Assembly (NCBI GenBank): GCA_020184695.1
Contig: JAANOX010000053.1
Span: forward strand, 1 to 28,198
DNA: 28,198 bases
DNA from: Histomonas meleagridis 2922-C6/04-290x
Taxonomy: Eukaryota > Protista > Parabasalia
Direction of reading: 5' to 3'
Part shown: one piece after another, positions 1 to 7,581 of the stretch
Numbering within the stretch: the first letter of the stretch is position 1
Layout: every line of letters starts with the position of its first letter
Made by a program: the position numbers and the translations under genes
The notes under the pieces: generated by a model
The model's database searches: none
What the model saw: the letters and a program-made list of their open reading frames with translations, nothing else
What the model was told of the DNA's origin: nothing

Positions 1-453
1 TATTTCTGCAAACAAAAAATGTGATGTGTCATAAAACGTTAATGGTACCTGACAAATATTTCCTCAATAAAAAGTTTGAAAATAATATTAGTATATAACA
101 CTGAATATGTATAATTTAAAAACATTGTTCTATAATGTTTGAATATATTATATATTAGGATATTTTGAATTTTTTTTTTTTTTTTTGATTTTTTTAATTT
201 TGATAACTATAATTTCGAGTAATAATGTAATTTTGAAATTATGGGTTGGCTTATAAATTTTTGATATGTAAAATCCAAAATTTATAATGATGAAATGATT
301 AAATTTGATAATTTTTCGATGCCATTATCGAATTAAACATACTAATTTTGGTATGACTGTCATATGTCATTCGTTTTGATGGGATCGATTAGTATAATAA
401 GTTGAGTGCACAAGTAATTCGTTTGGTGGTAATATGGTAAATTTCAATATAAT

Positions 454-688
454 TCAATTAGCCCGTATCGTTGCCCATATCGTTACCCAAACGGCTGTAT
501 TCAAATTTGAATGATAATACGATTAAAAATCACTCAATTAGCCCATATCGTTACCCAAGTTGCCCGTATCATTGCCCAAAACGGTTATATTCGAAAAATT
601 ATGTACGATATGAATAAAACCGCTCTCATGTTTGGCTATCGTCACCCAAGGTGGTTTTATTCAGAAAATCATGTCCGATACAGGTTAA
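454..688. repeat. Cluster of short degenerate 12-13-bp repeats (TTRCCCRTATCG), partly arranged as an ~80-bp duplication
   Basis: Copies at ~458 (ttagcccgtatcg), 471 (ttgcccatatcg), 483 (ttacccaa), 538 (ttagcccatatcg), 551 (ttacccaag), 560 (ttgcccgtatca) and 572 (ttgcccaa); tatcgtcacccaag at 637-650; an inverted copy at 676-688 (reverse complement ttaacctgtatcg). Block 454-510 is repeated at 534-600. Confidence 0.85.
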
Positions 689-690
689 AC

Positions 691-905
691 GGTACTGTCC
701 TACAACCGTGGGAAATTTGAATGGGTAGTATCCAAAAAGTGGAGGCCCCATTCAATCATAATGAAGAATTTTGATAAGGTGTAATTCGCATTCAAAAATT
801 GGCTCTCAATTCGTTGACTGAAGAAATATTTTGATTCGATTTCATTTTGAATAATTTACAATTTTTGCCATGATTTTTGAACAAAAATAAAATCTGGCAA
901 AAATG
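691..905 (+). repeat. Left terminal inverted repeat (~215 bp)
   Basis: Blocks such as acaaccgtgggaaatttgaat, aggccccattcaatcat, gcattcaaaaattggct and atttcattttgaataatttacaatttt recur as reverse complements in 1771-1984. Confidence 0.92.
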
Positions 906-1523
906 CTGAAACAGATATCATCAAATAGCAGATAATCGACATTGAATACATTATACATTGCATTAATTAAGATGAATTAAAAAAAATAATTATTATATAT
1001 TAAATTAAATTACGATCAAGAATTATAATATTGTGATATATTTAATCGTCTCTGTATTACAACACAAATTTTATATCAATGTTACATTAAAATTCATTTT
1101 TGATCTAATTAATATTTTATAAATTGATCAATAATATCAATTGCTTCGCATATAAATTTTTATGAATTGTCATGTTCTACATATTACTTATGTTTTATTA
1201 GTTTAAAATTTTATGAAATTTAATATTTACGATGATCAGAGCAATAAACATAAAAAGAAAAAAATATACGATGTTATGTGGAGGTTGGATGGGAATAATT
1301 AAATCAATTGCTCATTAAAATAATAATGTAAACATTGATTTGTAAACTTTTTGAATATAATTAATCATATGAGTTCCATTTCTGAAATTAGAATAAGTTT
1401 GAATTCATCTTTAACTAAACCCCATGTTCACTATGTATTATCTATATCAAATGTAAGTCGTTCAAATTATATATTTGCCAAATTATATTTGAATGATTTG
1501 AGCAAATGTTGGTACATAAAATA

Positions 1524-1730
1524 ATGAAAAGAAACACATATAGGTGAGAATAAGCACATATAAGTGAGAATAAACATATATAATAAAAAATTAATAAGAA
1601 TAAATGAGAATTAGCACATATAAGTGAGAATGAACATAAGACAATGAAATGAACACATATAAGTGAGAACGTATACAGTTAGTGAAAATAAGCACATATA
1701 GATGAAAATTAACATAAAACAATAGAAATC
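1524..1730. repeat. Degenerate ~20-bp tandem repeat (acatataagtgagaataagc consensus), roughly 8-9 units, inside the transposon
   Basis: Near-identical units start at ~1536, 1556, 1616 and 1654, with decayed units between and after them. Confidence 0.85.
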
Positions 1731-1770
1731 AAATAGCAGAAAATGAAATATTACAACATTCATTCCACAC

Positions 1771-1984
1771 CATCTTTGCCAAATCTAATTTTTATTCAAA
1801 AACATGACGAAAATTGTAAATTATTCAAAATGAAATTGAATTAAAATATTTTTGCAGAAAACACATTAAAAGCCAATTTTTGAATGCAAATTACATCTAA
1901 TTCAAATTCTCCATAATGATTGAATGGGGCCTTCACTTTTTGATAAGGTAGTATTCAAATTTCCCACGGTTGTGAGATAGTACC
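1771..1984 (-). repeat. Right terminal inverted repeat (~214 bp)
   Basis: Reverse complement matches 691-905 from GGTAC through ggcaaaRatg. Confidence 0.92.
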
Positions 1985-2059
1985 GGTTAAACCGCTTTTA
2001 GGTTATTACGGTTGATACAAAAATTAAAATAAAAAGTGAATTTATTCAAACAGTAAAAT

Positions 2060-2340
2060 TTTGGTGAAGCTTCACCCATTGGGTTGGGTTGGGTTTTCAT
2101 TATCCCTGTAGAATTGGGAAAAACTAGCATCATTCGACCCAACATATTGTATCCATTCCTTATCCATTTCCCAATTGTGGTACCATCCTCAGATTCAGGA
2201 ATGTTATACTGTTTTGATAATCGAAGAATTGTTCCTCTGGTTTTGTTGGGAAAATATTCAAAAATCTTACTACATAATTCTTTGTGCCTATAATAATCCC
2301 TGTGTAGAGACTTGGAAAATAGAATCTTTTGGGGTTTCAA
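2060..2340 (-). pseudogene. Remnant of a DDE-transposase-like N-terminal helix-turn-helix region
   Basis: HRDYYRHKELCSKIFEYF..RGTILRLSKQYNIPES continues after a frameshift as GWYHNWEMDKEW. This resembles the HTH start (LSxxxGIPxSTLxxW..W..D.xW) of parabasalid DDE transposases as I recall them. Truncated, with no catalytic domain seen. Confidence 0.5.
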
Positions 2341-2836
2341 CTTGACACTGAAGATTTTCTAAATCGATATAATGTATTCAAATTTTTACGATAGAACTCG
2401 CGAATTGCTAGCATTAATATTAATTCCTTCTTAGGATATAGGGTAAAAGTTCGAAATTAAATATTTCCTTCCAATAGATAAAAAATGGGATTAGAGATAA
2501 TAGTATTAGACTATGAATCTGTAAAAAACTCAAAAAGTGTATTTACGGTCATGCTCATCGAAGAATATTCATTGTATACATGATTGTAACTTTATTAAGC
2601 CATTTATAAAGATCCTTGAAAAATATTCATATTCAAGTACCAAAAGTATCTATTAATAAAGACAAGTTAGAGATGTTGAAAGGTACCAAATTACTATAAT
2701 TATTTATATATGCACTAATAAAAAGAATTACGCAAGTTAAGTTTGCTTTCATAAATATTAAAACATATTAAAATGCGATTTACAATTTACTCTCAGATCA
2801 CTTTCATAAAACGCATAAAATCATTTGCTCATTTAT

Positions 2837-4294
2837 TTACTCATCGAGCATTTCATTTTCCTTCAAGTACTCATAGATCTGCAAAAGCCTTGTGTACTTT
2901 TGTATTCTCTCTCCACGTGCCAACGATCCAGTCTTTATATATTGTGCTCCGATAGCTACAGCCAAATCTGAGATGAGTGAGTTGCAAGTTTCGCCAGACC
3001 TATGCGACACCATAACCTTTTGCCCCTCGTCCAACACCATTCTCGCGGCTCTCATAGCCTCAGTGATAGTACCGATTTGGTTAACCTTAAGTAACAATGC
3101 ATTACACCACTTCTCCTTAAGACCTCTTTGGATAGTCTTTGGATTTGTTGTGTATAAATCATCGCCAACAAGTTGGCACTTTTTGCCAATTTCTTTGTTC
3201 ATCTTAATCCATGTCTTGTAGTCCTTCTCGTGTAAGCCATCCTCAATGGAGATGATGGATGGATGTCGTTCTAACATATCTTTCCAGTATTGTATCATTT
3301 CGTCGCCAGTCTTCTTAACGCCAACTTCAACTTCATATAACTTCGTCTCTTCGTCATAAAACTCAGATGCTGCGGCGTCTAAGCCCAAAAAGACATCTTC
3401 ACCAGGTTTGTAACCTGATTCAGTAATCGCACGTTCGATATATGACAACGCTTCTTCAGGTGTGTCTAATGGTGGGGCATAACCTCCTTCATCGCCTAAG
3501 TTCTTTGCTGAAACACCTTTTTCGCTGGAAAGTATGACACCTAATTTTTGATATATTTCGGTGACAATACGTAATTGCTCTGGGAATGGTAAGTCTTCAC
3601 GTGGTGAGATCATGAATTCTTGGATCTTGAGTTTGCCACCTGCATGTTTACCGCCATTAAGAATATTGCAAAATGGTGTTGGTAAACGATATTTCTCAGG
3701 AAGTTCGCGATGGTATTGACGTGCAAGATAGAGGAAAAGCTGTTCATCGTTAAGGTTTGCAGCTGCTGTAGCAAGTGCAAATGAAGATGCAGTTGTAGCA
3801 TTTCCACCAATCTTTTCCTTTAATTCAGATCCTGCCAAACGACAAATTGCACGATCAAGGTCGCCAAGTGACGAAAGGCTAAGTGATTTAAGAGCTGGTG
3901 AAATGATATTTGTTACATTTGATGCTGCCGTAACAGTACCTTTACCAAAGTAAAGCTTGGAATTTGTATCACGGAGTTCGCGTGCTTCATTGGAGCCAGT
4001 AGAGGCGCCACTTGGAGCAGATGAACGTCCTGCAAATACAACTTCACCAAGATAATTTGCATAAACATCAACTTCAACAGTTGGGTTACCACGAGAATCA
4101 AGAACTTGACGTCCAACAAGATGATCAACAACAGGTGGTAAAGCACGACGTTTCATGAGTGATGCAAGAACTCCTGGAACATCGTCAGGCTTTGTTTCGA
4201 TAAGTTCGTTGACAGCTTCTTGGATAACTTCTCTTATTTTATATTTATCAAGATATTCTTGAGTCTTTTGAGCAGGCGTTTTTTCTTGAGACAT
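2837..4294 (-). CDS. ENO: Enolase (phosphopyruvate hydratase) with an N-terminal RIIa/Dpy-30-like extension
   Basis: Enolase motifs LDSRGNPTVEVD, PSGASTG, NGGKHAG, QEF, GDEGG, LDAAASEFY, SIEDG, VGDDL, LLKVNQIG, SHRSGET and IKTG are all present, preceded by ~50 extra N-terminal residues (QEYLDKYKIREVIQEAVNELIETKPDDVPGVLASLM). Confidence 0.97.
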   Translation of the reverse strand: MSQEKTPAQKTQEYLDKYKIREVIQEAVNELIETKPDDVPGVLASLMKRRALPPVVDHLVGRQVLDSRGNPTVEVDVYANYLGEVVFAGRSSAPSGASTGSNEARELRDTNSKLYFGKGTVTAASNVTNIISPALKSLSLSSLGDLDRAICRLAGSELKEKIGGNATTASSFALATAAANLNDEQLFLYLARQYHRELPEKYRLPTPFCNILNGGKHAGGKLKIQEFMISPREDLPFPEQLRIVTEIYQKLGVILSSEKGVSAKNLGDEGGYAPPLDTPEEALSYIERAITESGYKPGEDVFLGLDAAASEFYDEETKLYEVEVGVKKTGDEMIQYWKDMLERHPSIISIEDGLHEKDYKTWIKMNKEIGKKCQLVGDDLYTTNPKTIQRGLKEKWCNALLLKVNQIGTITEAMRAARMVLDEGQKVMVSHRSGETCNSLISDLAVAIGAQYIKTGSLARGERIQKYTRLLQIYEYLKENEMLDE

Positions 4295-4631
4295 AGAGTG
4301 GCCAAATATAGCGGTTTTGAATTGACATCACAACCGGAAAAATAAATAACTCAATTTTAACTGTAAATTTCAAACAAAACCAAGAAAAATTGTGTGAGTG
4401 TAAATCTATCGTACTATTTAATTTAATCATTCACTAAATATAGATTTCCAATGCTTTTTTGATCATTTAAAGAAACAAGCAACAAGAAAAATTATGGCTA
4501 CATTTTAGGAAATTATAACTTTATTAGTATTATCAAAATATTTCTTTAAATTGGTTCATTTCTAAATGTTATCAAAGAGTTCAAATTTAAATTTTTGTTA
4601 ACGTAACGATTACAAATAATTAAAACATTTT

Positions 4632-6470
4632 TTATTCATTACGTACCGATTCGAACCATTTATGATTTAACACTTCGTTTATATTTGGTCTTTTCTTCGG
4701 ATCCTTTTCCAAAATCTTTTTAATCAAATCCACGAAGCAATCGGAATATTTCTTTTTGTCGGGAATTACCAATTCTTCAGATTGAAGCAAATTAGTAACT
4801 CTAGCGATTGTCGATGCCAATGTATCACTTCTTCCTTTATCCAAATTAAACGGGAAGAATCCGTACATGCAATAGAACATTGTTATTCCGAATGCCCAAA
4901 CATCGGCTGTTTTTGGGTCGAAGTCATCGACGCCATTTGCTTCTTCCAATGACAAAAACGCAGGCGATGTCAAAGTTATTTCTACTCTTTTTCTATCTTC
5001 TTCCTTATTCAAGTTCAGTGATATAGAGAAATCGCTTATTGCGAAATTATTTTCATCCATCACCAATATGTTATCAGGTTTTATATCTCTATGCACTACA
5101 TTTAACGAGTGCATATATTGGATTGCGGTCCCAATTTGATAAAAACATAACAAGAATTCGTTTTCGGAGATGTTATGATCATGTTCAATGTATTGTTGTA
5201 ATGTCATCTTCGCATGTTTAAAGAATATTATTAATGAGTCAGTAATGTCATCTTCAATGACTTCTTCAATCTTTATAATATGCGGATGATCAAGCATCGC
5301 TAAAATCGAGATTTCTCGTTGCACTGACATTATTGGTAACTCGTCATCTTCAAGCGAAGCTTTCATTAGGACTTTCTTGCTATAGACTTTCGCAGCATAT
5401 TTTTGCCCGTTTTCTTTGTTGATCGATAACCAAACACTACTTCGTGCACCTGATCCAAGTTCTTCACGCGTAAAATGATAATTAAAGATGTCAGGTGTTG
5501 GACTTTCCATTATAAATGATCGAAATGAATAATATTTTTTGTTTGAAGCGTTTTCGGATTCATCAATGTTATAAATAGTATTGTTCGGAAACCATTTTGT
5601 TTGCAAGATGATATCAAATGTAGGACGCAATTTTGGATCTTTATGAAGACATTTAGTGATTAATGTAATGAATTCGGACTTGTTCGTCGAATCAGGAAAT
5701 TTTAATTCATTATTAGTTATTGATGATATAATTTCATCTTTGGTTTTGGACTTAAGAATTGAAAATGGAAGATCATGATAAAGAATATAATACATTATAA
5801 GACCATATGACCAAACATCTGATGATTTTGTATCTGATTTATCATTATTAAGAATTTCTGGAGCAATATAAAATAGAGAGGAAAGTTCATCACTTTCTTT
5901 TTGGATGTTATAAATATTAATTAAATCTTCATTAAAGACAAGAATATTACGAGGATTTAAATTTATGGACGATACATCATTTGAATGCAAATAACCGATA
6001 GCACTTGGAATTTGATAGAAACAATTTATGACAAATTTTTCTGAAGTTTTGTTGTCTGCCAAATAATTTTCAAGTGTTCCATATTCGGCATATGGAAGTG
6101 CAACGACAATCGAATTGGATCGATAACATTTAGTGATTTCAATGATGGGAAGTATGAATGGATGTTGATTATAGTATAAATTTTTCATTTTGTTTGGAAG
6201 GTCCAACTCACCATCTGATTTTAAAGAAATAATTCCAGACGTTATCGGATCATTTAAATCATATACCTTGAGCGCAATCGGCTTGTTTCCTTTCGTTTTA
6301 AAAATAGTGCTGTGATTTCCTGAAAAAATAACATTATCAATTTGATAATTAAGAAATTGAAATTTCATGCCATCTTTTAAGTACTCTAAAAAGCTAGGAA
6401 ATTGGCCAACACTTTCATCTTCCTCTTCGTCATCATCATCGTAAGACTCTTCGGGGTCGCATTCGGTCAT
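4632..6470 (-). CDS. Tandem protein kinase (CAMK/CAMKK-like): N-terminal pseudokinase plus C-terminal kinase domain
   Basis: C-terminal domain: LGSGARSSV, YAAKVY, QREISIL, HRDIKPDNIL, SDFS, DVWAFG, DPKKRP. The N-terminal domain keeps IALKVY, YIAPE, DVWSYG and DPKLRP but lacks HRD and DFG. Acidic N-terminus. Confidence 0.9.
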   Translation of the reverse strand: MTECDPEESYDDDDEEEDESVGQFPSFLEYLKDGMKFQFLNYQIDNVIFSGNHSTIFKTKGNKPIALKVYDLNDPITSGIISLKSDGELDLPNKMKNLYYNQHPFILPIIEITKCYRSNSIVVALPYAEYGTLENYLADNKTSEKFVINCFYQIPSAIGYLHSNDVSSINLNPRNILVFNEDLINIYNIQKESDELSSLFYIAPEILNNDKSDTKSSDVWSYGLIMYYILYHDLPFSILKSKTKDEIISSITNNELKFPDSTNKSEFITLITKCLHKDPKLRPTFDIILQTKWFPNNTIYNIDESENASNKKYYSFRSFIMESPTPDIFNYHFTREELGSGARSSVWLSINKENGQKYAAKVYSKKVLMKASLEDDELPIMSVQREISILAMLDHPHIIKIEEVIEDDITDSLIIFFKHAKMTLQQYIEHDHNISENEFLLCFYQIGTAIQYMHSLNVVHRDIKPDNILVMDENNFAISDFSISLNLNKEEDRKRVEITLTSPAFLSLEEANGVDDFDPKTADVWAFGITMFYCMYGFFPFNLDKGRSDTLASTIARVTNLLQSEELVIPDKKKYSDCFVDLIKKILEKDPKKRPNINEVLNHKWFESVRNE

Positions 6471-6880
6471 TCAAGATGGTGCTGGCAAAAAACGTATAAA
6501 TTTCACATGAGAACGATCAAAATGGCGCAAATGTATGTTTGCCAACTAAAGGCGAATTTCAACTTTATGAATTTTTTAATCTATTAAAGCAAAATAAATT
6601 ATGGTTGACATTACCAAAAGTTAGCAATTTTTGGAATTTTTTTTAATCGATAATTTAATTTAACAAAATTAAGCTTAATAACTTTATAAGCTGAATAAAG
6701 AGAAAATGTTTTGATTTTAAGCTAAAATTTATTTTATTTATTCCAATCCAGATAATAAATTGAAGATTCAAATTTAAACAATTATTTTTTTAACAAATCA
6801 AAGTTTAGATATTTTTGCTCCAATAATAAATTGTTTCCTTTATTAAGTGCAGCAGATTATGTTTGGCCTAAACAAGAAAT

Positions 6881-7477
6881 TTAACAACAATCATTTTTCT
6901 TTCTGACTTGCCTTTGATCCTGGCTAAGTCTTATTGTTGGAGCAGTCGATGTTTGATGTTGCTGAACTAATTGTTGGGTAATTTTAACAAATGATTCATT
7001 AATGTTGATATCATCTTTTGCCGAAACAAATTCATGAAGTGTTAACCCAGTTTCGTTACAAAATTCTATAACTTGTTGAAGCAGCGTTTGCTTTTCGTTT
7101 TCATCTGTTATGAGATCGAGCTTATTTCCTAAAACCATAACCGGCAGCTTTTCAGGAAGCTCTGCTTTTACTTCATCTCTGAATAATTGAAGCATCTTTT
7201 TCAAGTTGTTATAATTTGGATTTGCTAAATCATAAGCTAACACAAGGCCATTAGCACCACGGATATAAGAAGTTTGCATGGACTCAAACCGTTCATCACC
7301 AGCTGTATCCCATATATATAAATTAACAAGTTCATTATTAACTTCAATTGATTTTGTGAAAAATTGTGCTCCAATTGTTGAAAGTGTATCAAAATTAAAC
7401 ACATTGCTACAAAATCTTTCGATAATTGAGGTTTTTCCGGCATTTGATGGGCCAAGAAAGACGATTTTAAAATCCAT
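6881..7477 (-). CDS. Rab-family small GTPase (divergent, RabX-type)
   Basis: G1 GPSNAGKTS, effector STIGAQF, G3 WDTAGDE, G4 NKLD, G5 SAK, and a C-terminal CC prenylation motif (NDCC). Confidence 0.95.
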   Translation of the reverse strand: MDFKIVFLGPSNAGKTSIIERFCSNVFNFDTLSTIGAQFFTKSIEVNNELVNLYIWDTAGDERFESMQTSYIRGANGLVLAYDLANPNYNNLKKMLQLFRDEVKAELPEKLPVMVLGNKLDLITDENEKQTLLQQVIEFCNETGLTLHEFVSAKDDININESFVKITQQLVQQHQTSTAPTIRLSQDQRQVRKKNDCC

Positions 7478-7581
7478 TTTGCCAAAAGTATAACCAGTTT
7501 TTGGTATTGAATTTGTTTTTATCGTAACTATAAATCAATCGCAAACGTTTATACTCTGAAAAATTGGTATCGTCGTATTGA

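Larger units (their letters stand above)
691..1984. mobile_element. Non-autonomous TIR DNA transposon (MITE-like), 1294 bp, possibly Merlin/IS1016-like
   Basis: Starts GGTAC and ends GTACC. 691-905 aligns with the reverse complement of 1771-1984 at about 80% identity by hand alignment. Flanked by the identical direct repeat GGTTAAAC at 683-690 and 1985-1992. No intact transposase ORF inside. The element itself is well supported; the superfamily label is tentative. Confidence 0.9.

Noticed and set aside
170-186. Poly-T run (also one at ~17540-17553, downstream of RPL31) as a possible retrocopy poly(A) tail
   Set aside because: No TSD seen, homopolymers are common in this AT-rich DNA, and RPL31 keeps normal upstream motifs.
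200-420. Faint coding-like text (CNFEIMGWLINF..) suggesting another ankyrin/DUF3447 relic
   Set aside because: Too short and too interrupted to support a call.
511-720. 69-aa ORF in the track
   Set aside because: It runs through the short-repeat cluster and into the left TIR, and has no protein-like motif; a chance ORF.
2063-2095. 14-bp palindrome GGTGAAGCTTCACC followed by (TTGGG)3, resembling a telomere-like or G-quadruplex seed
   Set aside because: Only three G-tracts and three repeats; too short to support either interpretation.
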